Below are positions 1 to 9,683 of a stretch of DNA of 64,000 nucleotides, piece after piece. Position 1 is the first letter of the stretch; every line of letters starts with the position of its first letter. Position numbers and translations under genes: made by a program. Under the pieces are notes generated by a model, which was not told the origin of the DNA, did no database searches, and worked only from the letters and a program-made list of their open reading frames with translations. This DNA comes from Candidatus Latescibacterota bacterium (GTDB lineage: Bacteria; Latescibacterota; UBA2968; GCA-2709665), in NCBI GenBank assembly GCA_965219455.1, contig OZ244744.1:3808001-3872000 (forward strand). The letters are read 5' to 3'.

Positions 1-432
1 CACGTTCTCGGGTTCGGGACGTTCTGGGAAACACTGAACCTGGTCCGCGGCGTCAGTGATATGTACTTCACCGGGCCACTGGCAATTCGAGCCTTTGACG
101 ATGCGGGCGGCCGGAACTACGACGGCCCGAAGGTACCCGTAGAGAACGACAGCGGCCATTGGAGGGGATCCGTGTTTGGCGACGAACTGATGACCGCGAG
201 CGTCAGGCCGGATCTCGACGGGACCCTGCCTTTAAGCGCGATTACGATCCAGTCGCTGGCGGATCACGGTTACGAGGTCGACGTTCGCCATGCCGACGAG
301 TACAGGCTGCCCGTCCCGGCAAGCGCGAAGCCGGTTGCCGAACATGCCCTGGACTGGGGTGAGTGTATCTCGGAGGGTCCGGTCTACGTGGTTGATGAGA
401 ACGGGCGCGTCATTGGTACCGTCGGAGAATGA
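1..432 (+). CDS. C-terminal part of a leishmanolysin (M8)-like zinc metallopeptidase, 5'-truncated by the window edge
   Basis: Frame 1 is open from base 1: HVLGFGTFW (end of HExxHxLGF), then GHWRGSVFGDELMT and PLSAITIQSLADHGY, typical M8-like motifs. Confidence 0.7.
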   Translation, partial: HVLGFGTFWETLNLVRGVSDMYFTGPLAIRAFDDAGGRNYDGPKVPVENDSGHWRGSVFGDELMTASVRPDLDGTLPLSAITIQSLADHGYEVDVRHADEYRLPVPASAKPVAEHALDWGECISEGPVYVVDENGRVIGTVGE

Positions 433-509
433 GGCAAAGTGAGTTGCATGCGCCGCGCACGACCACAGCCTTTCCGTAGAAGTGAGAGGAAGTAAAGGAG
501 GATTGCGAA

Positions 510-3500
510 ATGAAGCCAATTTCGCATGTTGCCATTTTGGCCGTCCTGTTCACGCCCCTGGCCTCCGTCCATGCATCGTCCACGGCTGCGGACAGCGTGC
601 ATTTCTGCCTGCCCGTCGATCCGGAACAGCGGCAGCGCAATGATCCTCTTTCCGCGGGCAAGTGGGCGACGGATCTGGACGTGGGCGAACCCCGCACCGT
701 GCGGCTCTTCTACTTCCTGCCGAACGACCGGCCGTATCGCACCGAGGTCGTCGACTCGATGAAAACGGGAATTCTCGATCTTCAGACGTTCTTTGGCGAG
801 CAGATGGAGGCGCACGGACACGGAAACACGACTTTCCAGATTGAAACCGATGACCAGGGCGATCCGGTCGTTCATCGTGTGGATGGGGATTACACCGACA
901 GCCACTACAGCAGCCGGGGATACACGGAAGGCGAGATTAAACGAGCGTTCGACAACTCGAAAAACATCATGCTGATTGTCATGGACGTCAGTGCCAGAAC
1001 TGCGCATGGACGCGGTACAGGATCGAAGAGTAGCGGATGGGCGATGATTTACGGCGAATGGAACTGGTTTGCCGCCGCGCACGAACTGGGGCATGCCTTC
1101 GGGTTGCATCACGATTTCCGCGATGATACGTATATAATGTCCTATGGCCGCGCCAATCGTTCCGCTGCCCAACTATCCGCGTGTGCTGCAGATTTCCTGT
1201 CTGCGCATCCGTACTTCGACTCCGATGTCCCGCTCGAAAACGAATCGCCACCCACCGTTGAGCTTGTTGCATCGGAATTTCCGTTCGGGTCAGTGAGTAC
1301 CACCGTCCAACTAAGAGTTCGAGATGATGATGGCCTACACCAGGTCATCCTGTTCGTTCGTCCTAGAAACCCCTTTCTGGGAAGTACGCCCGAAGTGAAA
1401 GCGTGTGACGGATTGTCGGGTGAAACCGATACTGTTGTTGAGTTCAACTTCGACGGAAGGCTTCCATCCGACAACGTCGGCACCAGCCCTGAGGCTCATA
1501 CGACGCTTGCAAACACGGTCCGGCATCCAATCCACGTCGTGGCTGTTGATACGGACGGGAATCGTACCAGCACTGCAAGCCCTATTTCCTTTACGCTTGA
1601 GGCAGGGCATTCGCCGCAGCATATCGCCACGCTGGACCGATATCGTACAATCCAAAGCGCGGCGTTTTCACCTGATGGCAACATCCTGGCGCTCGGGGGC
1701 CACGGCCATATAGAACTGTTGCAAGCTTCCACAAGAGAACATCTCGCCTTCCTCAGCCATTCTATCTATAACGAGGTTTACTCAGTAGCCTTTTCCCCAG
1801 ATGGGACACTGCTCGCTTCCGGATCAGAGGATGGCACTATCAAAACATGGAACGTGGCAACAAGAGAAGAGGTTTCCACACTTGAGGGACATACTGATCG
1901 GATCTGGTCCGTGGACTTTTCAGCAGATGGAATGTTGCTCGCTTCCGGAGCTTCGGACAACTCGGTCAAGCTGTGGAACGTGGCAACGGGAGCACAGAGC
2001 GCTACGCTTGAGGGACATACGGATGCGGTTTTATCGGTCTCCTTCTTATCTGATGGGACGCTCGCATCCAAGTCCAATGGAGGCACTGTCAAGCTGTGGG
2101 ACGTGACAACACAATCCCAGATTTCCACCTTTGACACTGATGCGAATATTGGAAGGGGTGTCGCGTTTTCGCCCAATGGGCCATTCCTTGCATCAAGGTC
2201 TCGTTACGCGATAAAGCTATGGGACCTGGAGACAGGAACACAGACCGGCTCCCTGAACCATATGCGTGATTACCCTTGGGCTACCTTGGCCTTTTCACCC
2301 GACGGTACAATCCTTGCCGTATCGGCCAATGGCTTGATTGAAATATGGGACGTCCTGACAAGCGAATTCTTGGCCTCCATCTCAGGGGGACCGGGCGGGG
2401 TGGGAGAACTGTTGTTTTCCCCCGACGGGACTCAACTTGTTTCCACTGGGAAAGTCAAATTCTGGGACGTGTCCGAGTGGACGGCTTCCCAGACCACCGT
2501 CTGCGACCGCACGCCGCAGGTGCAAACCGCAATTTTAGGTGTGCTACAGTTACAGAACCCAAGTCCTGGCACATGCGGCGAGGTAACGGAGGCGCACTTG
2601 GCCACCGGGATTACGAGTCTGTTCCTGAATGATCAGAGCGTTACCGCCCTGCAAGCCGGCGATTTTGATGGGCTCACCAGTTTGACCGAACTCCGTCTGA
2701 ACGGCAACCAGTTAACCACACTGCCAGCGGACGTCTTTGACGGTCTCACCGCACTGACAAAGATCGACTTGGGTTTCAACGATTTGAGCAGTTTGCCCGA
2801 AGGTGTGTTTGACGGACTCACCGCGCTTGGTGAACTCTCTCTGGGCGGCAACGATTTGAGTAGCCTTCCCGAAGACGCGTTTGATGGACTCACCGCACTG
2901 ACAACGCTCAATCTGGGCGACAACGATTTAAGTAGCCTTCCCGAAGACGTGTTTGATGGACTCACCGCACTCAGTGGACTTTATCTGGGCGGCAACGATC
3001 TGAGTAGCCTTCCCGAAGACGTGTTTGATGGACTCACCGCACTGACAACGCTTGATCTGGCCTACAACGATTTGCGTAGCCTTCCCGAAGACGTGTTTGA
3101 CGGACTCACCGCACTGGCAAGTCTCTATTTGTCCTCCAACGACTTGAGTAGCCTGCCAGATGGTGTGTTTGTAGGATTAACAGAACTGGCAAGTCTCAGT
3201 TTAGGTGGAAACACTGTTAATCCGCTTCCCCTTACCATTTCATTGGAGAAGGTTGGTGATGATCAATTCAAGGCAGTGGCACCCGCGGGCGCGCCGTTTG
3301 AGATGGTGCTGCCGATTCGCGTCACGAATGGGAGTATCACGGGTGGCGCGACGAGTATCACAATTCCTGCTGGCAGTGTAGAAAGTGAAGTGCTTACCGT
3401 TACCCGCACATCCGGTAATGTATGGTCAGTCACCGTGGATATCGGCGCGGTGCCGGGACTGCCAGCGAATCATTCCGGCTATTCCCTTGTCAAATCCGAT

Positions 3501-5039
3501 AACCTGCCGTTGGAGGTTATCAAAGGGCTCGCCGACGGGCCCGTAATCTGGTCAGGAACCATTACAGTTGGATCATGGCGGAATGGCACTTACACTGCTT
3601 TTGGTTACAGTCGTCGCCATAATGCTGGTTCAATTTCAAACGCAACTTTCACCTACAGAGGAACAACATACACTATCCATGGTTTTGGATTTGCCAAACT
3701 TGGCCACCATCGAACGCAAACATACACACTAGAAATTAGTCCAGGACTTCCAGCATGCGATAGAAAGCTTTTAAGTTTTGGAGGTTTTCATTTGGCTGAT
3801 GCGTCGCGCGGTTCGTTGGGCGATCCTTCTTCCTATCGTTGGTCTGGACGACCATTGGTTGTTTGGCCTATTGGGCAGCAACGGTCTTATTCAATAACCT
3901 TTCACCCAACAGTGCCAGATGTCCCCGTCGTAACCGCCATTTACGAAGGGAACCAAGTAACGCTGTCCTGGGAGACTCCGTGTGATGGTGGCATTGACAT
4001 CAACCGTCACGAATACCGGCAGAAAAATAGAAATAGCGAATTCGGTTCGTGGATACCCATCCCTAACAGTGGTGCGGGAGGTGTGAATGTAGCGAGTTAT
4101 ACGCTTACTGGCGTGAACAATCCGCAGGAACACATCTTTGAGGTCCGGGCAGTGAACGAACTTGGCGAAGGGTCGGTATCCGCACCCGCGTCGCCCACTG
4201 ATCGTACGCCACAGGTAGCAGAGGCGATTCTTAGTGCGGTCCGTCAAAACGATCCGAGTGTCTCCAGTTTCGCAGACATCACCGACAGCCACCTTGCGGC
4301 AATTACTGCCTTATATCTGGGTGGTAGAAATATCACATCCCTAAAGTCTGGTGATTTCGCTGGACTTACCGGTTTAACAGATCTCCGACTCCGTGGTAAT
4401 CAAATAAGTTCATTGCCCGGGGACATCTTTGACGGATTGCCCGCACTGACAACGCTCTATCTACGAAACATCCGACTCAGTAGCCTCCCCGCAGGACTCT
4501 TTGAAGGACTGACAGGACTGACAACGCTCTATTTAGAGGGCAATGCAGTTAGTCCCCTACCCTTTGCCGTGTCGCTCGAGAAAGTTGGAACGGGTCAATT
4601 CAACGCGGTGGCGCCCGCCGGTGCGCCGTTTAATATTGTCCTTCCCCTCACCGTCACCAACGGCAGCATCAGCGGAGGCGCGACGACTATCACGATTGCC
4701 AAGGGTAGCGTAGAAAGCCAACCGCTCACCGTGACTCCAACCCCGGGCACGACGGCTCCGGTCACGGTAAATATTGGCACATTGCCCAGCATCCCCTCAG
4801 GTCATTACGGCTATACGCTCGTCAAATCCGCCGACCTGCCATTGGAGATATTCAGCAGTAGTGAAACCGGCACCACCTCGGCAGCAACCGATTTCAACGG
4901 CGACGGCCGCACCGATTTCGTCGATTTCTTTCTGTTCGCCGATGCGTACGGCGGTACGGACCCTCGTTTTGACCTGGACGGAAACGGCACGGTGGACTTC
5001 GCCGACTTCTTCAAGTTTGTCGACGCATTCGGCTCGTAG
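510..5039 (+). CDS. Secreted modular protein: metzincin peptidase + WD40 propeller + 24-aa LRRs + Ig-like + Fn3 + LRRs + EF-hand/dockerin-like tail
   Basis: RBS AAGGAGG, signal peptide, HELGHAFGLHH...MSYG Met-turn, GH...WD repeats, LxxLPEDVFDGL repeats, Fn3 (VTLSW...FEVRAVN), DFNGDG tail. Confidence 0.88.
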   Translation: MKPISHVAILAVLFTPLASVHASSTAADSVHFCLPVDPEQRQRNDPLSAGKWATDLDVGEPRTVRLFYFLPNDRPYRTEVVDSMKTGILDLQTFFGEQMEAHGHGNTTFQIETDDQGDPVVHRVDGDYTDSHYSSRGYTEGEIKRAFDNSKNIMLIVMDVSARTAHGRGTGSKSSGWAMIYGEWNWFAAAHELGHAFGLHHDFRDDTYIMSYGRANRSAAQLSACAADFLSAHPYFDSDVPLENESPPTVELVASEFPFGSVSTTVQLRVRDDDGLHQVILFVRPRNPFLGSTPEVKACDGLSGETDTVVEFNFDGRLPSDNVGTSPEAHTTLANTVRHPIHVVAVDTDGNRTSTASPISFTLEAGHSPQHIATLDRYRTIQSAAFSPDGNILALGGHGHIELLQASTREHLAFLSHSIYNEVYSVAFSPDGTLLASGSEDGTIKTWNVATREEVSTLEGHTDRIWSVDFSADGMLLASGASDNSVKLWNVATGAQSATLEGHTDAVLSVSFLSDGTLASKSNGGTVKLWDVTTQSQISTFDTDANIGRGVAFSPNGPFLASRSRYAIKLWDLETGTQTGSLNHMRDYPWATLAFSPDGTILAVSANGLIEIWDVLTSEFLASISGGPGGVGELLFSPDGTQLVSTGKVKFWDVSEWTASQTTVCDRTPQVQTAILGVLQLQNPSPGTCGEVTEAHLATGITSLFLNDQSVTALQAGDFDGLTSLTELRLNGNQLTTLPADVFDGLTALTKIDLGFNDLSSLPEGVFDGLTALGELSLGGNDLSSLPEDAFDGLTALTTLNLGDNDLSSLPEDVFDGLTALSGLYLGGNDLSSLPEDVFDGLTALTTLDLAYNDLRSLPEDVFDGLTALASLYLSSNDLSSLPDGVFVGLTELASLSLGGNTVNPLPLTISLEKVGDDQFKAVAPAGAPFEMVLPIRVTNGSITGGATSITIPAGSVESEVLTVTRTSGNVWSVTVDIGAVPGLPANHSGYSLVKSDNLPLEVIKGLADGPVIWSGTITVGSWRNGTYTAFGYSRRHNAGSISNATFTYRGTTYTIHGFGFAKLGHHRTQTYTLEISPGLPACDRKLLSFGGFHLADASRGSLGDPSSYRWSGRPLVVWPIGQQRSYSITFHPTVPDVPVVTAIYEGNQVTLSWETPCDGGIDINRHEYRQKNRNSEFGSWIPIPNSGAGGVNVASYTLTGVNNPQEHIFEVRAVNELGEGSVSAPASPTDRTPQVAEAILSAVRQNDPSVSSFADITDSHLAAITALYLGGRNITSLKSGDFAGLTGLTDLRLRGNQISSLPGDIFDGLPALTTLYLRNIRLSSLPAGLFEGLTGLTTLYLEGNAVSPLPFAVSLEKVGTGQFNAVAPAGAPFNIVLPLTVTNGSISGGATTITIAKGSVESQPLTVTPTPGTTAPVTVNIGTLPSIPSGHYGYTLVKSADLPLEIFSSSETGTTSAATDFNGDGRTDFVDFFLFADAYGGTDPRFDLDGNGTVDFADFFKFVDAFGS
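2620..3215 (+). repeat. Tandem 72-bp LRR-coding units
   Basis: Recurrent aacgatttgagtagccttcccgaagacgtgtttgatggactcaccgcact units with a variable middle. Confidence 0.85.
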
Positions 5040-5190
5040 GCCCGAAAAAAGCAAGCGGCAATGGACCGCCACGCGAGTTGATTGCCCGAGGAAACGCGGT
5101 TGTCGAATTACGTACCTATCGCCGCTTCGCGTTGTTCAGCCGCAAACAGACTGGTCGCATTGAAGGCGAGAGCCTGTTTGACGGTCCAAT

Positions 5191-5285
5191 CACTCCCCCC
5201 TTGAGGGGGAGTCGCAGAAGCCGAGCCGGTTCCCTGAGCCCGTCGAAGGGTCGAAGGGCCGGCGACGGCTGATGCGGTGGGGGGA
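5191..5285. repeat. Intergenic palindromic REP/MITE-like element with a nested ccctgagcccgtcgaaggg unit
   Basis: cactccccccttgagggggagtcg hairpin ... gcggtggggggat. Confidence 0.5.
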
Positions 5286-5483
5286 TTCCAACGCCTTACC
5301 CTGGGCATGCAGCACGAAGAAACATGAACGCATTTTGCGAAGTAGTCTTACCGTAAGCGTCTAAACCGGTCGCAACCTGAAGGCCGCATCATGTCGCGAA
5401 ACCGTAAAGGCAAAGGCCATCAGGCGTGAACGTGGAGACAAATCAGGCGCCAATCAGCCTGCACGCAAAAGGAGATCGTCCGG

Positions 5484-7715
5484 ATGAAAAAGAACCGATC
5501 GTTTGATCTCGCGTTTCTGTTGGTCACAGTCCTCTTCGTGCAGGAAAACTTCGCCCAGACCATCCTGGAAGGGCATTCGGATCCCGGCAACTCAAAGGTG
5601 TTTTCGTCTACTGGGAATATCTTATCTACCGGGTCGTTGGATGGCGACTATCGAACATGGCGTCTTCCGGAAGGTGCAATAATGCGTCTGGGTAAAGGAG
5701 CTATCGGTCGTGGGGACCGGGCATTGGGTTACTCCCCCGATGGGACCCGGCTGGCGGTGGCCAGTACAATAGGCATCTGGCTTTACGACGTCCGGACCGG
5801 CGCCGAAGTCAATTTGCTTCCGGGAGGGAGTGTCACTTCGGTGGCATTTTCGACCGATGGCGCGCTGCTGGCTTCCGGAGCGCTGGATAATACGGTACAG
5901 TTGTGGGACATGCCAACCAATACGAATATCGCCAGACTTGAAGGCCATTCCGATGGGGTCAGGGCGGTGGCGTTTTCGCATGATGGAAAAATGCTCGCGT
6001 CCGGGGCAGGAGATCCGACCGTTCACTTTCCAGCGGATAATACGATCAAGTTGTGGGACGTGGCAACGAACGCAATTATCGCTACGCTCGAGGGGCATAA
6101 GGGGATGGTGGCTTCTGTGGCGTTTTCGCCGGATGGAAAGATTCTGGTATCCGGATCAAACGACGAGACGGTGAAATTGTGGGACGTGGCAACGAAGGAG
6201 AGTATCGCCACGCTGGAAGGCCATACAGATGGGGTCGCTTCGGTGGCGTTTTCGCCAGACGGAACAATCCTCGCGTCAGGAGCGAGGACTTTTGATGAGA
6301 CGGTGAAGTTGTGGGACGTGGCAACGAAGGAGAGTATCGCCACGCTGGAAGGCCATACGGATGGGGTCGCTTCGGTGGCGTTTTCACCCGACGGAGCAAT
6401 CCTCGCGGCCGGCGTAGGAGACGCGTTTTTTCCGATATTTTTTCTCGAGTTAAGTGAAAATACGGTGAAACTGTGGGACGTGACGAGCGGAGATCTGATC
6501 ATCTCTCCAGAAGGCCGGACGGAGACGGTCCATTCAGTGGCGTTTTCACCCCCCGATGGAAAAACGATCGTGGCTGGGGCGCGGATGCTCAGTGATTACA
6601 CCGTGCGGCTTTGGGACGTGGCCAGCGGAAACCAGACCGCTTCTCTGGAAGGTCATACGCAGGTGGTCCATTCGGTGGCGTACTTATCCGATGGCAGACG
6701 CCTGGCTTCAGGGTCTGGTAACACAATCATGCTTTGGGACGCGGCCAGTGGAGACCAGATGACCTCCCTTGAAGGCTTTGTGCTTTCGCCCGACGGAACG
6801 CGCCGGGCTACCCTGTCATGGGATGGAGCGATTCTGCTCTGGGACGTGGCCAGCGGAGATCGGATCGCCTCTCTCGAAGGCCATGAGGGAGACATCCTGT
6901 CGGCGTTTTCTCCCGATGGAAAGGTACTGGCAACCGGATCTGGGTTCTCGAGTGGCTATACGGTGCGGTTATGGGATGCGGCCGGCGGTGAACTGATCGC
7001 CACGCTCGAAGGGTTTGAGGATAGAGTCGCTTCGGTGGCGTTTTCGACCGATGGTAAAATGCTCGCGTCCGGAGGCGGATATTTTGATAGTACGGTGAAG
7101 TTGTGGGACGTGGCGGAAAATGCGAATATCGCCAGCCTTGAAGGCCATTCCAATGGGGTCTATTCGGTGGCGTTTTCGCCTGACGGAAAGATGCTCGCGT
7201 CTGGGGCAGGAGATAAAACGGTGAAGCTGTGGGACGTGTCCAGCGGAGGCCAAATCGCATCCCTGGAAGACCATACCGATTGGGTCTATTCGGTGGCGTT
7301 TTCGCCCGATGGAAGAGTACTCGCGTCCGGATCAAGCGATGGGAGCATCAAGTTGTGGGACGTGACCGGCGGTGAGCCGATCGCTACGCTCGAAGGACAC
7401 ACGGGGAGCGTCATTTCGGTGGCGTTTTCCGACTACGGAACCCGGCTGGCTTCAGGTTCGTGGGATGGCACGATTCTGCTGTGGGACATGTCGCCGTACA
7501 TCACAATTCAGCCTCCGATTCCATCTTCGCCTCCTACTCCCGATTTCGACGGCGACGGGACCGTCGGTTTCGGCGACTTTCTGCTGTTCGCCGCCGCGTT
7601 CGGGCAAAGTCAGGGTGATGCTGGTTATGATGCGCGCTACGATCTGGATGAGGATGGCGTCATCGGGTTCGGTGATTTTCTGATCTTCGCGGGCGCGTTC
7701 GGAAAAACATCATGA
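5484..7715 (+). CDS. Secreted WD40-repeat protein with EF-hand/dockerin-like tail
   Basis: RBS AAGGAG, signal peptide, about 14 LEGH..SVAFSPDG..VKLWD repeats, Pro linker, DFDGDGTVGFGDF tail. Confidence 0.9.
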   Translation: MKKNRSFDLAFLLVTVLFVQENFAQTILEGHSDPGNSKVFSSTGNILSTGSLDGDYRTWRLPEGAIMRLGKGAIGRGDRALGYSPDGTRLAVASTIGIWLYDVRTGAEVNLLPGGSVTSVAFSTDGALLASGALDNTVQLWDMPTNTNIARLEGHSDGVRAVAFSHDGKMLASGAGDPTVHFPADNTIKLWDVATNAIIATLEGHKGMVASVAFSPDGKILVSGSNDETVKLWDVATKESIATLEGHTDGVASVAFSPDGTILASGARTFDETVKLWDVATKESIATLEGHTDGVASVAFSPDGAILAAGVGDAFFPIFFLELSENTVKLWDVTSGDLIISPEGRTETVHSVAFSPPDGKTIVAGARMLSDYTVRLWDVASGNQTASLEGHTQVVHSVAYLSDGRRLASGSGNTIMLWDAASGDQMTSLEGFVLSPDGTRRATLSWDGAILLWDVASGDRIASLEGHEGDILSAFSPDGKVLATGSGFSSGYTVRLWDAAGGELIATLEGFEDRVASVAFSTDGKMLASGGGYFDSTVKLWDVAENANIASLEGHSNGVYSVAFSPDGKMLASGAGDKTVKLWDVSSGGQIASLEDHTDWVYSVAFSPDGRVLASGSSDGSIKLWDVTGGEPIATLEGHTGSVISVAFSDYGTRLASGSWDGTILLWDMSPYITIQPPIPSSPPTPDFDGDGTVGFGDFLLFAAAFGQSQGDAGYDARYDLDEDGVIGFGDFLIFAGAFGKTS

Positions 7716-7728
7716 AACGGACTTATTT

Positions 7729-9336
7729 ATGAAAATTCATGCTCCGATTTCGGTTGTGTTCACATCCCTCAATCTCGTTTTCTCGTTGTTGGCGTTCAAT
7801 CGACCAGTGGGTGCTCAAGGCGGAACTCCGGATTCATTGTCCCAGACGGCCCCGGTGATTCACAATGTAATTTTGAGGGTCGTACGCGTGACGCCGAGTT
7901 GGATGCCCTACGCATCCACCGGTGGTTGGACTGCTGCCGTTCCTCAAAAGGAAAGTGAAATTCTGCGGTTTTATGAAGCGGCCATCTGGGAAGAGACTTC
8001 AGCGGTACATTTTTACGCATTCCCTAACGACTACGATGACCGGTATGGAAACAGGGGCAGCGTTAGTGACGAGGAGAAGATCGCATACAGGGAGCAATAC
8101 CTGATAAGCCAGTTTACGGATATGCCGGGCGCCTACACAGCGGAAAGAAGCGCCTTCTTGAAGTCGACATTTATGGATATCGTATCCCATTTGGTGAACG
8201 AGCACCCCAATTCAGAGCATCATCTGATGTATAGCGGCCATGGCGGCCCGGGAGGCAAGCTCTTCGCCGGAAATTTATATCGAGACGATGCGAACGAACT
8301 CTTGAAACACTGGAGCCAGTCACTGAGGAGACCACTTGGCGTCATCGATATGGGAGGGCCGTGCACGAAGGGAAGTTTCTCGGACCTGGATAATTTCTGT
8401 GAATCCGCCAGATATTACGTGGCTTCGGATCTGGCCAATGGTGGATACACAATGGATCGCTGGACATCTGAAAAACACAATGAAACCAATCCTGAAACCC
8501 AATATCACAACCTGTTTTTCTCCAATTCAAGCCTGGAAGAGACACTGAAGGATCGAGTCGACCTGAAGAGGACGAGGTACGAATATTCCAGAAACAACAT
8601 GATCACGAATCAAGTCGCTCAGGCAAATTACCTCTACTCGTGCGCCGAATTGCGGTCGTTTGCGCATGTCTTCAAACCATTTATCGGTGCGGCGGGAGCC
8701 GAATATGGCATTTTCGATGACTTGCGCCAGTATCTGAATGATAATGGAGCTGCGCCGGCAGTGATAGAGCAATTCAGCAAGGTCATTGTACACCAGGCTG
8801 ACAACAAAGATTTCTTTGAGTGGAGCGTCGTCCGTAATGGGATGTTGATGCCCGATCCCGAGCATTTTGACCTGCAAAGCCCGCGTCCTCAGGCTCTGGC
8901 GAAGGTATTCGGCGATGGACAAGAAGCAGGAGCAGGCACGGTGCTTGAGGTCCCGTTGACGGTTGAAGTGCGGGATCAGAACGGGAACGTGCTTGCAGGC
9001 GCCACGGTCTTCTTCGACGTCACGGGAGGGGGAGGGAGTCTGTCGACTACCATCGCTACCACCGATGCCACGGGTCGGTCCTTTGTGACCCTGACGCTGG
9101 GGGCCCATCCGGGAGCCAACACGGTCGAGGTGACGTCGGGTGGACTTTCGCCGGTGACCTTTACGGTAGAGGCACTGGCTACCGCCGATTTCAACGGCGA
9201 CGGCCGGACCGATTTCGTGGATTTTTTCCTGTTTGCCGATGCGTACGGCGGCACGGACGCCCGCTTTGACCTCGACGGCAACGGCAGGGTCGATTTCGCG
9301 GACTTCTTCAGGTTTGTGGATGCGTTTGGCACTTAG
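7729..9336 (+). CDS. Secreted clostripain-like (clan CD) peptidase + Big_1 Ig domain + dockerin-like tail
   Basis: Signal peptide; HLMYSGHGG ... VIDMGGPC ... YYVASD resembles the C11 His-Gly/Cys dyad; GDGQ..VEVRDQNG..TTDATG Big_1; DFNGDG tail. Confidence 0.65.
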   Translation: MKIHAPISVVFTSLNLVFSLLAFNRPVGAQGGTPDSLSQTAPVIHNVILRVVRVTPSWMPYASTGGWTAAVPQKESEILRFYEAAIWEETSAVHFYAFPNDYDDRYGNRGSVSDEEKIAYREQYLISQFTDMPGAYTAERSAFLKSTFMDIVSHLVNEHPNSEHHLMYSGHGGPGGKLFAGNLYRDDANELLKHWSQSLRRPLGVIDMGGPCTKGSFSDLDNFCESARYYVASDLANGGYTMDRWTSEKHNETNPETQYHNLFFSNSSLEETLKDRVDLKRTRYEYSRNNMITNQVAQANYLYSCAELRSFAHVFKPFIGAAGAEYGIFDDLRQYLNDNGAAPAVIEQFSKVIVHQADNKDFFEWSVVRNGMLMPDPEHFDLQSPRPQALAKVFGDGQEAGAGTVLEVPLTVEVRDQNGNVLAGATVFFDVTGGGGSLSTTIATTDATGRSFVTLTLGAHPGANTVEVTSGGLSPVTFTVEALATADFNGDGRTDFVDFFLFADAYGGTDARFDLDGNGRVDFADFFRFVDAFGT

Positions 9337-9683
9337 GTGGACGTGAAGTGCGCGTCGTGATCGTGCCCGGTGCGCATCGTAAGTATTCACGACTTACCCC
9401 GGTGGCCGCGCGCCCGCCGGCTCGCAACGCATTCCAAACAGTGATCTGGGTTGTATGTATTTGTGCCGGGTTCATGTCGGTGCCGCCCGCATTCCTGTTC
9501 CGGAACCGAAACCGCCCACTTCAAGGGCTGTACGGAGAGAGGGTAAATTCCGTGCCGTTTTCGCCGGTGCATTCGGCCTGGAAGGTACATCGACTTGAAC
9601 TGCCCTATGCCATCATTGCAGTTGATTTAAACCGTTCCATAACACCTCAAATCATCCACCACATCGTAGAAAGGAGTCCGGCA

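Noticed and set aside
9348-9683. Upstream extension of the M48 ORF
   Set aside because: The RBS and signal peptide point to ATG 9684; the extension looks non-coding.
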